NCBI GenBank assembly: GCA_049997875.1
Contig: JBEKRC010000003.1
Location: 183,885 to 247,884, forward strand
Reading direction: 5' to 3'
Source of the DNA: Minisyncoccia bacterium
Lineage (GTDB): Bacteria; Patescibacteriota; Minisyncoccia; UBA6257; 2-01-FULL-56-20
Length of the DNA: 64,000 nt
Part shown: positions 10,730 to 20,418 of the stretch, piece by piece
How positions within the stretch are numbered: position 1 is the first letter of the stretch
Layout of the letters: each line of letters opens with the position of its first letter
Program-made: the position numbers and the translations under genes
Notes under the pieces: generated by a model
The model's input: only the letters and a program-made list of their open reading frames with translations
The model's database searches: none
Told to the model about the DNA's origin: nothing

Positions 10730-11224
10730 TTATCCGCTGGTTTCAACTTTTTTCGCTTTCTCCGCCACGGCCGCGCGGAGTTTTTCTTTGTAGTCCACGA
10801 TCTTTTTCTGCAGCGCCGCGTCCCCCGCTCCCAAGATCTGCACGGCGAGGATGGCGGCGTTCTTCGCGCCATTGATCGCCATGGTCGCGACGGGAACTCC
10901 GGGCGGCATCTGCACCGTTGAAAATAACGAATCAAGACCGCTCAAGGTCTTGGATTGTATGGGAACTCCGATCACGGGCAGCGGCGTCATCGCGGCGGTC
11001 GCTCCCGCAAGATGCGCGGCGCCGCCGGCTCCCGCGATGATCACTTTCAACCCACGGTCCGCCGCACTCTTCGCATATTCGTATGCGCGGTCCGGCGTGC
11101 GATGCGCGGAGACGACCGTCATCTCGTACGAAACGCCGAACTCTTTGAGCGCGTCTGCCGCCTCCTGCATCACGGGCAGGTCGGAATCGGAACCCATAAT
11201 AATACCTACGAGTGGTTTAGGCAT
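10730..11224 (-). CDS. purE: N5-CAIR mutase
   Basis: [35 protein letters not shown]. Confidence 0.97.
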   Translation of the reverse strand: MPKPLVGIIMGSDSDLPVMQEAADALKEFGVSYEMTVVSAHRTPDRAYEYAKSAADRGLKVIIAGAGGAAHLAGATAAMTPLPVIGVPIQSKTLSGLDSLFSTVQMPPGVPVATMAINGAKNAAILAVQILGAGDAALQKKIVDYKEKLRAAVAEKAKKVETSG

Positions 11225-11344
11225 TGTTCGGTCGATTTATGTTTCCATTCTAGCATACCCCGGGACCCCGTCAAAACAAAAATGGCCATCCTCGGTGCCT
11301 TCTCGCGCTTGTCGAGAAAACACCGAGAATGACGATGGGGGAGG

Positions 11345-11545
11345 TTACTCCCTCAGGCGTAACACCTTCCGAGGAACACCTCCCAGTTCCCCGGCTTTTT
11401 CATATAAAAACAAAGCACTTGATCCAAAAAGCGCCAGGGCGATAGCGCCAGCCACTGCGATGGTCATGCTCACTACGGCCACCGCGAACACCCCTAACCC
11501 TATAATCCGCAACCACCACGGTCGCTGATTTATCGCTTTCTCCAT
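11345..11545 (-). CDS. Small hypothetical membrane protein
   Basis: Long hydrophobic stretch; AGGAG SD-like site and TTGACG-17-TATTCT promoter upstream on the minus strand. Confidence 0.55.
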   Translation of the reverse strand: MEKAINQRPWWLRIIGLGVFAVAVVSMTIAVAGAIALALFGSSALFLYEKAGELGGVPRKVLRLRE

Positions 11546-11631
11546 GGGCCCTCCTTTTGGCTTGCTATTTCTTGCCTTACTAAAGAATAAAGAAAATAGT
11601 TGTGCGCGTCAAGAAATTTTTCCTGCTATTC

Positions 11632-12213
11632 CTAAATCATCCTTTTCCTCCGAGCCGAGGCGAGCAATCGTTCGTAGATCGTGAGAATGTTTTTGTCGTG
11701 CAGCATGTAAGCGCGTTTGTATTTTTGGAGCTCAGCCTCGGTGATCCCGTGTTTCTTCCAGGGAGGCGTGCCAGAGGCGAGGCCCTGGAGCATGGGCTGC
11801 AAGCGGTCTATGGAGATCGCCACCTTTGCCTCCTTGGTGCGCCCGGCTTCAAACTCCGCCCAGAGCCGGTGGAATTTCTTCATGAGGTCCGACGGCAAAC
11901 GTCCGAAGAGCTTCTTTGCAGCTGCGTCCTCGCGAGCCTTTTTGGACCTGCGCGCAGCATGATCAAAAAGAAAAGTATCGCCCGCGTAAATTTCCACAAG
12001 GTCATGCGCAAGAATCAATTCCAGCGTCCGCAGGAGATCAAGGCTGCGCGGCAGGTCCTGTGAAAGAACCACGGCCCACAGGGCGAGATCGTAAGAATGC
12101 TCCGCGCTGCTCTCTGGGCGCTTCCCGCCAGAAATCCTGTTGCGCCGCTCGACTAGCTTCAGCTTTTCGGCTTCTTCAAGAAACGAAAGCAAGGTGTCAA
12201 TCCTGTCCTTCAT
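11632..12213 (-). CDS. HD-domain phosphohydrolase (YfbR/HDDC2-like nucleotidase)
   Basis: KL..R....R.ESSAEHS, LAHDLVEIYAGD, LWAEFE, D.LQP. Confidence 0.88.
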   Translation of the reverse strand: MKDRIDTLLSFLEEAEKLKLVERRNRISGGKRPESSAEHSYDLALWAVVLSQDLPRSLDLLRTLELILAHDLVEIYAGDTFLFDHAARRSKKAREDAAAKKLFGRLPSDLMKKFHRLWAEFEAGRTKEAKVAISIDRLQPMLQGLASGTPPWKKHGITEAELQKYKRAYMLHDKNILTIYERLLASARRKRMI

Positions 12214-13217
12214 CGCAATTTGCCCTCCCGGTTCCCCTCGCGACCCTCGCGCGCCGTCTGAAGCTCGGTGAAAATCGGAGCGAACACTTTTTGAAGCGGC
12301 CTGCCTTCCCGCATACCATCTAAAACATCAGGACGCGCAAGCATTCGGCGGAGTTCATCCCAAGATTCAACCGTCGCGCCGTTCGGATCGTGAAAGCTTT
12401 CTCTGTGTGTGCCATTGCGATCAAAAAGGAAAAAAGGGACGCTGGCGCTCTTTGCCAATTCACCGTCCTTTACGGGATCGTCCCCTCCATACATAACCCT
12501 CTCCCGCATTTCCATCGCACCTTTAAGGTCAAAATTGTCTGTCCGCATTCCCTGTTCGCGAAGCCATTTCCAATGCGCGAGGGCAAAAGGGAAAACGCCC
12601 GGCTTCACTCTACGGAACAGCTCCTTGGGGTAGGTCCGTTCGCGAATGTCATCATCGGTGACAAGGACGCGCGGCGCAGGAAGGCCCCATGCAGAAAAAG
12701 CCTTTTTGATGAATTCGGTATGTCCGGAAGAAAGCACCCCAATATCAATAGCAACATCACCTCGTTCATTCAGTTCCCCAATTTCCTTTAAAAGCGCCGA
12801 TACCCCATCACAAGGAGGCGGCCACACTCTTCCGTCTGGAAATTTTGCGCCAATCTCTCCGCTCAATTGCTCAAGCTTCACCTGTACGAAAAGTTCTGTG
12901 ATGGTTCGTTGGGGATCGGCATTGTCCCACAACATACCGCCTTCTTTCCTTTCCCCATTTTGCTTTTCAAAAAATTGCCTCGCATTATCCAAAAGTTCCG
13001 GTTTTTCACGCAAGAGATCCGCAATCAACTCACTGGGCGCACGGTTTTTGTGGCCGCCCTGTCGATCATAAACTTTTACGCCTTCTTTACCGAACAATGT
13101 CTCAAGCGCGAATCTGTGCGCTTCGTTCACACCGATGTTATTCGGACTCGCGGTAAACGTGTCGGCCAGAGTCCCGTCAAAATCAAACAGAAATAAATAG
13201 CGTTTGGAGTCCTTCAT
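12210..13217 (-). CDS. HAD-superfamily hydrolase with large cap insert
   Basis: Start MKDSKRYLFLFDFDGTLADT (ATGA overlap with the purQ stop), LSSG, VKP, YGGDDPVKD. Confidence 0.8.
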   Translation of the reverse strand: MKDSKRYLFLFDFDGTLADTFTASPNNIGVNEAHRFALETLFGKEGVKVYDRQGGHKNRAPSELIADLLREKPELLDNARQFFEKQNGERKEGGMLWDNADPQRTITELFVQVKLEQLSGEIGAKFPDGRVWPPPCDGVSALLKEIGELNERGDVAIDIGVLSSGHTEFIKKAFSAWGLPAPRVLVTDDDIRERTYPKELFRRVKPGVFPFALAHWKWLREQGMRTDNFDLKGAMEMRERVMYGGDDPVKDGELAKSASVPFFLFDRNGTHRESFHDPNGATVESWDELRRMLARPDVLDGMREGRPLQKVFAPIFTELQTAREGREGNREGKLR

Positions 13218-13984
13218 TTGAAATACCCGACGGCGTTCTTGAAAACCTGGAGCCCGGGACCGTGGACGGGAAGCTTCTTCCCTGCGCGCTCCAGTTTTTC
13301 TTTGAGATACGGCCAGTGCGGGAGCTGCGTGAAGAATATCGCGCGTTCGGGATGCGGCATTGTCCCCAAAATCCTTCCCTTGCGGGCAGCGATGGAAGCG
13401 ATATCCTTCATCGCGCCGTTCGGATTCGCAGCGAGATCCTGATATTTGCAAATCTCCCCTTTTGTGTATTTCGCGGCGATTGAATGGCTTTTTTCCATGG
13501 CGGCGAGCGTCTTCTCGTCGGCATAGTATCTGCCTTCGCCGTGCGCAATCGGCACCATAAGGGTCTTTATCCCGCGCAGCCACGGCGTCTCGCCCGTAAT
13601 CTTCAAATCAACCCAGCGGACGGTGTATCGCGCGGAGGTATTCGGCAAAAGTGCGCCGGGCAGAAGGCCGAGATTCGTGAGAATCTGAAATCCGTTACAG
13701 ATGCCGATAACGAGCCGATCCCTGCTCACAAACTCTTCCAGTTCGTCGCGGAGATGATTCTTAAGTTTGTTGGCATACGCCTTGCCGGAACCGGTGTCGT
13801 CACCGTACGAAAACCCACCGGGGATCGCAAGAATTTGATAATTTTTTAATTTCCCTTTTTCCGCAACGAGGTCGTTCACGTGGACGATGTCCGCCCGCGC
13901 GCCCGCAAGATCAAACGCGAATTTCGTTTCGTCCTCGCAGTTGAGGCCGTATCCCGAAAGAACAATGGCGCGCGGCGGTTTCAT
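13214..13984 (-). CDS. purQ: FGAM synthase glutaminase subunit
   Basis: G.NCEDET, PGGFSYGDD, GICNGFQIL, AHGEGRY, NPNG, MPHPER. Start taken at MKPP, 13984. Confidence 0.96.
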   Translation of the reverse strand: MKPPRAIVLSGYGLNCEDETKFAFDLAGARADIVHVNDLVAEKGKLKNYQILAIPGGFSYGDDTGSGKAYANKLKNHLRDELEEFVSRDRLVIGICNGFQILTNLGLLPGALLPNTSARYTVRWVDLKITGETPWLRGIKTLMVPIAHGEGRYYADEKTLAAMEKSHSIAAKYTKGEICKYQDLAANPNGAMKDIASIAARKGRILGTMPHPERAIFFTQLPHWPYLKEKLERAGKKLPVHGPGLQVFKNAVGYFK

Positions 13985-13997
13985 AGTTAATGTTTTT

Positions 13998-16940
13998 TTA
14001 ATATCCCTTAAATGTGGATTTATACGCCCGCAACATTTCGCCGAGCGGCATCTTTGCCGCATTCCTGCGGCGGATCACGACGCGCTCTTTGCTCGTCACG
14101 CGGCCGATGCAAGCGAAGCGATTGCCTCGCATCTTTTTCTCAAATGCGCGTTTGTGGTGCAGGGCGACCGTCACGACGATTCTTCCCTGGCTCTCCGAGA
14201 AAAATGCTGAGGTGTCGCTTGATACCATTCCAGGCAACTTCGCGAGCGAAACATCCAATCCCAATTTTCCGGCCATCGCCGTCTTCGCAAGGGCGACTGC
14301 AAGGCCACCCCTCGCCACGCTCGTACCGGATGCCACAAGACCCTCGCGCACGCACGAATAGAACGCGTTGTATAATTTTTTGTTCCTCTTCGCATCCACG
14401 TGAGGAACGCTTCCTGTGGAAAAATATTCGCTGCCACCGAGCTCGTCAAAAGTTTCACCTAAAATATATACAAGGTCGCCCGCGGACTTTGCGTCAAGCG
14501 ACACCGACTTTGCGGCATCGGGAACGACGCCCATTGCGGAAATCAAAAGCGTCGGCGGGATGGAAATCTTCAACGGTTTTCCGTTTTCGTCATAGCCCTT
14601 AAAGTCATTAAACATACTGTCTTTCCCTGAAATGAAAGGGGTTCCGTATGCGACTGCGTAGTCGTAGCACGCCTGGACGGCGCGCTTCAATTGGAACAGC
14701 CGCTCCGGCTCATTGGAGCTGCACCAGCAGAAATTATCAAGCAGGGCGAGATAATCGGGATCCGCGCCTGCGGCCACGGCGGACCGGATCGCGGTGTCAA
14801 TCGCGCATGCCGCCATCGCGTAAGGATCGCGCTCCGAATACGCGGGAACAATGCCTGATGAAAGCACCACCCCTTTCGGGGAATTGAGAACCGGCCGGAA
14901 GACCGATGCGTCCGCATTCACCCTCCCCCTCCCTACGAGCGGCTTCAGCACGGAGCTTGCCTGCACCTCGTGGTCATACTGCATAGAAATGAACCCGTAA
15001 CTTGCGATGTTCGGCCGCGCGAGCATTCGGACGACCGCTCCGCTCAAGTCGCGTTCCGTTGGCAGCGGCGAATCAATTTCAATTGTGAGTGAAAGCGGTT
15101 CGCGAGTCATGAGCCGCTTCGTGGGCAATCCCTCGTGGAGAAATTCCAGATCAATGTCCATCGCAGTTTCTCCCTTGAATTTCACAACGCACTTCCCGAA
15201 ATTCGTAAATCGCCCGATCACCGTTGCCTCCACGCCGCGCGCGCGCAAAAGTTTGGACAATTCAGGCCATTTTGACTTCGGCACGGCGAGCGTCATGCGC
15301 TCCTGCGATTCCGAAATCCAAATCTTCCACGGCTCAAGGCCGGGATATTTAAGCGGCACCCTGTCCAAATCAACAAGGCACCCATTGCATTCTTTTGCCA
15401 TCTCGGCCACCGAGCAGGAAAGCCCTCCGGCACCGTTATCTGTAATGCTGTGATAGAGGCCGCGGTCGCGCGCTTCCTTTATCAAGGCGTCGCTCATCTT
15501 TTTTTGCGTGATCGGATCGCCGATCTGCACCGCGGTCGCGGGACTCCCGGAATCCATTGCTTCCGAAGAGAACGTCGCGCCATGGATGCCGTCCTGCCCC
15601 ACGCGTCCGCCGGTCATCACGATGTAATCTCCCGGCTGCGCCCGCTTTTTGTACAAAGGCCTACCTCCATACATCCGCGGGATAAGTCCCACCGTCCCCA
15701 CAAAAACAAGCGGCTTCCCTCGGTAGCGCTTGTCAAAAAGGACGAATCCCTGCGGCGTGGGGATGCCGGAACAATTTCCGCCGACGTTCACGCCCCGTAC
15801 CACGCCGTCCATAATCCGCCGCGCGGAAAGCATTTTCTGCTTTTTCTCCGCATCGCGGTAGAGCACGCTCGCGTCGCGCGGGTCGGCGAAGCAAAAACCA
15901 TACAGGTTCGCGACCGGCTTCGCGCCGAGCCCGAACCCCATCGTGTCGCGATTCACGCCCACGATGCCCGTGACGGAACCGCCGAACGGGTCAAGCGCGG
16001 AAGGGCTGTTGTGCGTTTCCACTTTGTGCGTAATCAAATATTTGTCATCAAAGGCAATCGCGCCGGAATTGTCGGTGAAAACCGAAACGCAGAAATCTTT
16101 TTTGCCTTTCTTTTTGCGGATATCGTTCGTCGCCTGCTTGATGTATGAACGGAAAAGACCGCCCCGCACCTCGTCAATCGGATCCGCAAAGATCGTGTGC
16201 TTGCAGTGCTCCGACCACGTCTGCGCGAGCGATTCAAGCTCCACGTCGGTCGGCCTGCGCTTTTTCTTCGCCCTGAAATAATCGCGGATCGCCTTCATGC
16301 TTGGAAGATCAAGCGCGAGTGGCCCGTTCCTCGTCCCGTCCTTGTTCTGGATCCCCTCTTTCCCGATGCGGGAAAGCTCCTCGTCGCTTACCTCCAAATT
16401 CACCGACTCCACGGAAGGTTTCGTCCGAAGCCTCACGCTTGGAACCAGCGCCCCCATTCCTTTGTCGCGCCTGAATTCGCCCGCGCTTTTGATCCGCGCC
16501 CGCTGGATGAGCGGGTTATAAAGGCCCTCCGCGATGGCCGCCGCATCCACCTTGGATAATTTCCCCGAAAGGAAAAAAACCTGCGAGGAATATACGCCCT
16601 GGCCGTTCTTGCATTTCCTTCCCAAAAAATCTTCTATCGTTTCGCGGGCGGTTGTTCCTACGTTGTCGGTCACGCCGGGGAGAAACCCGATCTCAACCGC
16701 CCATGCGAATTTCTTCGGGGCCTCGGCGGAATTAATTACCGCTCGTTCAACGAGCGGGTTTTCAAAAAGTGCGGCGACTCCTTTGCGCTCTTTTGCCGTG
16801 AGCGGCATGTCCACCACGTACGAATCCGCGAGCGCGACGCCCGCGATCTTCCCCTTAAAACCGCGGTCTTCAAACTGCCGCCGATACACCTCGGCCCGCG
16901 TATCAGGTACCTTGTATCTGACGTCTATGCGCACAGCCAT
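13998..16940 (-). CDS. purL: FGAM synthase synthetase subunit with N-terminal PurS-like domains
   Basis: AQTWSEHCKH, KVETHNSPS, DGIHGATFSS, DNGAGG, SESQERM, QYDHEV, ISGKDS. Start taken at MAVRID, 16940. Confidence 0.96.
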   Translation of the reverse strand: MAVRIDVRYKVPDTRAEVYRRQFEDRGFKGKIAGVALADSYVVDMPLTAKERKGVAALFENPLVERAVINSAEAPKKFAWAVEIGFLPGVTDNVGTTARETIEDFLGRKCKNGQGVYSSQVFFLSGKLSKVDAAAIAEGLYNPLIQRARIKSAGEFRRDKGMGALVPSVRLRTKPSVESVNLEVSDEELSRIGKEGIQNKDGTRNGPLALDLPSMKAIRDYFRAKKKRRPTDVELESLAQTWSEHCKHTIFADPIDEVRGGLFRSYIKQATNDIRKKKGKKDFCVSVFTDNSGAIAFDDKYLITHKVETHNSPSALDPFGGSVTGIVGVNRDTMGFGLGAKPVANLYGFCFADPRDASVLYRDAEKKQKMLSARRIMDGVVRGVNVGGNCSGIPTPQGFVLFDKRYRGKPLVFVGTVGLIPRMYGGRPLYKKRAQPGDYIVMTGGRVGQDGIHGATFSSEAMDSGSPATAVQIGDPITQKKMSDALIKEARDRGLYHSITDNGAGGLSCSVAEMAKECNGCLVDLDRVPLKYPGLEPWKIWISESQERMTLAVPKSKWPELSKLLRARGVEATVIGRFTNFGKCVVKFKGETAMDIDLEFLHEGLPTKRLMTREPLSLTIEIDSPLPTERDLSGAVVRMLARPNIASYGFISMQYDHEVQASSVLKPLVGRGRVNADASVFRPVLNSPKGVVLSSGIVPAYSERDPYAMAACAIDTAIRSAVAAGADPDYLALLDNFCWCSSNEPERLFQLKRAVQACYDYAVAYGTPFISGKDSMFNDFKGYDENGKPLKISIPPTLLISAMGVVPDAAKSVSLDAKSAGDLVYILGETFDELGGSEYFSTGSVPHVDAKRNKKLYNAFYSCVREGLVASGTSVARGGLAVALAKTAMAGKLGLDVSLAKLPGMVSSDTSAFFSESQGRIVVTVALHHKRAFEKKMRGNRFACIGRVTSKERVVIRRRNAAKMPLGEMLRAYKSTFKGY

Positions 16941-16992
16941 TGCTTCTATAATAACGTCCCCGCCCACCGCGCGCAACGCGCTATTCTATATC

Positions 16993-17037
16993 TGCCTTAG
17001 AGCACCACCCGCACTGTGGGTGACAAGCTAAGGCAGG
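16993..17037. terminator. Intergenic hairpin, probable terminator of the 17104 gene
   Basis: ctgccttag...ctaaggcag 9-bp stem enclosing caccc/gggtg; coordinates approximate. Confidence 0.35.
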
Positions 17038-17103
17038 GAGGGGTCCTCGGAAGTAGCACAGTTGTGTACACGAAGATCCCCTCATAAATCGTGGGCGCCC
17101 TCC

Positions 17104-17388
17104 TCAAGCGCAAATTCTGGGAGAGGGCGAAATCGTGCGGGCGAGAAATTTACCGAAAGGAATTGCGTCTCCTTTCACTTCAACCCGGTGGCCATTAAAG
17201 ACGTACGTCGCAGGAATGACGGTCCTTGCTTCAGAAGCCCAGGGTCCACCAGCCGCGATGGCACTCTCCTCGTGAACATACGTCTGACTCAACTCCAAGT
17301 AAGGTGCCCATTCGAAGTGTCGGTCGAGATATTCCCCTCTTCCATTGAGAACAATGAAGCCATCTACACTTCCCATGCTTCCTTCCAT
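17104..17388 (-). CDS. Hypothetical protein
   Basis: ORF with GGAGGG SD before ATG 17388 and a consensus-like promoter upstream. Confidence 0.6.
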   Translation of the reverse strand: MEGSMGSVDGFIVLNGRGEYLDRHFEWAPYLELSQTYVHEESAIAAGGPWASEARTVIPATYVFNGHRVEVKGDAIPFGKFLARTISPSPRICA

Positions 17389-17436
17389 GTTTCCCTCCAA
17401 AGACGATATCGGGCGCTCTTACCGCCCGCTGCCAAA

Positions 17437-17465
17437 AGTTTAATTAGATAGACTTTTCCTGTCAA
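17437..17465 (-). promoter_or_regulatory. sigma70-type promoter TTGACA-17-TAAACT
   Basis: Reverse complement of tgtcaa (17460-17465) and agttta (17437-17442), spacing 17. Confidence 0.7.
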
Positions 17466-17490
17466 CAAAATCAGGTACAATGATACTGCT

Positions 17491-18084
17491 ATGGAGAACG
17501 ACAATAACCACAAACCGCGACCCGGACTGCCGCCGAACGCACGCCTTGTCTTCAAGGGCGTGATCTTTGAAGTGTGGCAATGGGAGCAGAAAATGTTTGA
17601 CGGGACGACGGAAATCTTTGAAAAGATATGGCGGCCGCCGACGGTGGAGGTCATCGCGACGGTCGGCGACAAGATCCTTATTGAGGAACAGGACCAACCC
17701 GACCGGCCTCACAACATCAATTTTCCGGGCGGCAGAGCAGATAAAGGGGATGCTCCGCTCGCAGAGGCAAAGCGGGAGTTGCTTGAAGAAACCGGCTATG
17801 AATCGGCTGACTGGCAGTTGTTCATGCAACACGCGAGCGATGGGAAAGTGATACAAGACGGCCATTTCTTTATCGCAAGAAATTGCAAAAAGACGAAAGA
17901 ACCGCACCTTGATCCCGGGGAAAAGATAGCAACGAAGCTCGTCACGTTTGACGAGCTCATCGCCCTCGCCGACGAGCCCCGTTTCTGGATCTTCCCCGAA
18001 TTCATCTATTACCTCCTCCGGCTGCGACTTGACCCCGCGAAGAAGCAGGAATTCAAAGCACTGCTCTTCCCTTATGCACATTGA
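17491..18084 (+). CDS. NUDIX hydrolase (ADP-ribose pyrophosphatase-like)
   Basis: Nudix box PGGRADKGDAPLAEAKRELLEETGY. Confidence 0.92.
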   Translation: MENDNNHKPRPGLPPNARLVFKGVIFEVWQWEQKMFDGTTEIFEKIWRPPTVEVIATVGDKILIEEQDQPDRPHNINFPGGRADKGDAPLAEAKRELLEETGYESADWQLFMQHASDGKVIQDGHFFIARNCKKTKEPHLDPGEKIATKLVTFDELIALADEPRFWIFPEFIYYLLRLRLDPAKKQEFKALLFPYAH

Positions 18085-18130
18085 CCGCGCTCCAGCCCAC
18101 TGTTATAAATCTTATAGAAGGGGGTGATCT

Positions 18131-18484
18131 ATGTTAGTCGTGGACGAAAGTGAGCGGAAGCTTGAAAAAACGGTACCGCTGGTGCTCCACCCAATAGTGG
18201 ACGAAGAGAACGGTAGCCCGGCACTGATTGTTGTCGTCCGAGAGTATATTTTGATGAAGCACCGGACGGAGGTAGTTCTCGATCTCACCGAGCACTCCAG
18301 CCTTGGAACTCCTGAGCTCGGTGAACTCGCCGACATCCTTGCGGAGACAGGCTTCGTTGGGGCAAAGCTGAAGCTGGTCTTGGGAAAGAAAGTCCGCGAA
18401 TCATTCCAGCTCCACCGTCTCGTCGCGGTATTTGACGTTTACGATAATGTGGCGATGGCGGTAGGAAGCTTTGCTGACAACTGA
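18131..18484 (+). CDS. STAS-domain protein (anti-sigma-factor antagonist-like), degenerate
   Basis: VVLDL...SLGTPELGEL...GAKLKLV...VRESFQLHRLVAVFDVYDNVAMAV matches the STAS/SpoIIAA pattern. Confidence 0.6.
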   Translation: MLVVDESERKLEKTVPLVLHPIVDEENGSPALIVVVREYILMKHRTEVVLDLTEHSSLGTPELGELADILAETGFVGAKLKLVLGKKVRESFQLHRLVAVFDVYDNVAMAVGSFADN

Positions 18485-18621
18485 ACGCAGGCAAACATCT
18501 AGCACCTAACCACTCGATGCTTGCCTGCACTTCCTAAGCACGGAACGACGGTTGCGTTTTTAGGAAGAGTTGGACATTGACGATTTTGCCGCCATCTGCA
18601 ATAGTGGTGGTAGGAGGCGTC

Positions 18622-19041
18622 ATGCCAAGAAAATTCATCAGTTGTTGGCTGAACCCATTTCCCGATTTCCTTCTTGCAGTACTTTCCACCGCCGGAGAGA
18701 ACGGCAACGGAGAAGAACGGAGAGTGGTGAAATTTCAAATGATGATGCAGGACGTGGAAGCGTTCATTAGGGAACACCACAACTTCCTGTGTCAATTATT
18801 AACGACAGACGAATTCGAAACCCCAACAAACGCTTTGTTTTTCCTCTGTCGATCCGGCTATGTGCTAGAAGAAAAAAAAGGAGAGGCAAGTGAATTCGTC
18901 GTGACCGAAAAAGGGTTCCAGCGCGGCCAGGAGGTATTGAGCGAACACTTCACTTGGTCAGAACGGAGAAGAGATTTTAGTTGGTTCACTACTTCGTTTA
19001 ATGAGCGGTTCGCGGTCGTAGAGAAGGGAGGGAAATCATAA
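18622..19041 (+). CDS. Hypothetical protein, possible winged-helix fold
   Basis: AGGAGG SD before ATG 18622; L...GYV.......FVVTEKG motif typical of a wHTH wing. Confidence 0.5.
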   Translation: MPRKFISCWLNPFPDFLLAVLSTAGENGNGEERRVVKFQMMMQDVEAFIREHHNFLCQLLTTDEFETPTNALFFLCRSGYVLEEKKGEASEFVVTEKGFQRGQEVLSEHFTWSERRRDFSWFTTSFNERFAVVEKGGKS

Positions 19042-19121
19042 CCAGGCCCGTTGATGAGAGTTCAATCCCCTCACCACACGGGCCATAAGTTTGTCTACGT
19101 ACTATAATGAACACAAGTCGT

Positions 19122-20066
19122 ATGAAAAACATCGTCACCATTGGGGGTGGCACGGGGAGCTTCAACGTCCTCGGCGCCCTCAAGGGATATCCGGTACATC
19201 TTACAGCGGTCGTCACCATGTCTGATGACGGTAAATCCACTGGCCTCCTTCGCGACCAATACGGCGTGCTCCCGCCAGGGGACGTCCGGAGGGCACTCGT
19301 CGCCCTCTCGGAGTCAAGCGCCGTAATGCGCGATCTTTTTAATTACCGGTTCGAGAACGGTGGGCTTGGAGGATATAGTTTCGGCAGCCTTTTCATCGCG
19401 ACGCTTGAGAAGGTAACCGGGAATTTTTCGGAGGCCCTCAAGGAGGCATCCAGTATTTTGAAAATACGGGGAGAAGTAGCGCCGGTGACGCTTGACAACA
19501 TCCGCCTGTGCGCCCGCCTTCGAGACGGAGAAGTAATCCGCGGCGAAAAGAATATCGATATCCCTCATGTGCCCCACCGTCCCCCCATAGAAAAAGTATG
19601 GCTAGAACCCGCCGCGCATATGAACCCGAACCTGCGCCGTATTTTCAAAAACGCCGACATGATCGTAATAGGCCCGGGCGATCTCTACACGAGCATCATA
19701 CCGAATTTGCTGGTCCGCGGCGTGCGGGAGGAGATCAAAAAATCAAAGGCGAAAAAAGTGTTTCTTTGCAACCTGATGACGAAGCGGGGCGAGACGGACA
19801 ATTTCACGGCGGAGGACTTTTTGAACACGATTGAAAAATATCTCGGCAAGAACGTGCTTGACTTCGCGATCTTCAATAAAAAACGGCCGCTGGGACGGCT
19901 GCTCAAAAAATACGAAGGGGAAGGCGCACGGCTTGTGGACCCTCCAAGAGCACCAATGAGAAACCGCAAGCCCAAGTACCTCGTTGCGGACGTTCTTGAT
20001 ACCTCCCCGTTCATCCGCCACGGTTCCCCCCAAAAGCTCGGGAAATTGCTCTTTTCCCTTCTCTAA
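19122..20066 (+). CDS. YvcK/GlmR (CofD-like) family protein
   Basis: IVTIGGGTG, VTMSDDG.STG.LR..G.LPPGD.RR, IGPGDLYTSIIPNL, NLMTK.GET. Confidence 0.92.
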   Translation: MKNIVTIGGGTGSFNVLGALKGYPVHLTAVVTMSDDGKSTGLLRDQYGVLPPGDVRRALVALSESSAVMRDLFNYRFENGGLGGYSFGSLFIATLEKVTGNFSEALKEASSILKIRGEVAPVTLDNIRLCARLRDGEVIRGEKNIDIPHVPHRPPIEKVWLEPAAHMNPNLRRIFKNADMIVIGPGDLYTSIIPNLLVRGVREEIKKSKAKKVFLCNLMTKRGETDNFTAEDFLNTIEKYLGKNVLDFAIFNKKRPLGRLLKKYEGEGARLVDPPRAPMRNRKPKYLVADVLDTSPFIRHGSPQKLGKLLFSLL

Positions 20067-20170
20067 ACGAAAATACTTCGGGAAATGCGGAGCACATTCG
20101 CCCCCGCTTCCGCCAACCGGCGGCTGATTCCCCAGCCGATGCCCGCGGCCGGAAGTGATATAATGGTAGT

Positions 20171-20389
20171 GTGCGGAAAAAGGATGCCATCTATGATGCG
20201 GAGAAGCTCGCCAGGTTTTTTGGCGTTACGAAAAAGACAGTGTGGGACTGGTGCAAGCGCGGCAAGCTTCCCGGTTTCAAGATCGGGAAACAATGGAAAG
20301 TGCGCGTGGCTGATTTACAAAAAATGATTGACCGGAAAATACGGCATCAGAAAGAAAATGCGGCACCAGCAACCCCGAAATTGTTTTAA
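20171..20389 (+). CDS. Excisionase-like (HTH_17/MerR-type) DNA-binding protein
   Basis: LARFFGVTKKTVWDWCKRGKLPGFKIGKQWKV; TGnTATAAT 6 nt upstream of the GTG. Confidence 0.85.
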   Translation: MRKKDAIYDAEKLARFFGVTKKTVWDWCKRGKLPGFKIGKQWKVRVADLQKMIDRKIRHQKENAAPATPKLF

Positions 20390-20418
20390 AGGTCGGAAAA
20401 AAATCATTCATCATTCTC

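Noticed and set aside
20171-20389. Excisionase of an integrated element
   Set aside because: No integrase, att repeats or tRNA nearby; treated as a stand-alone HTH protein.
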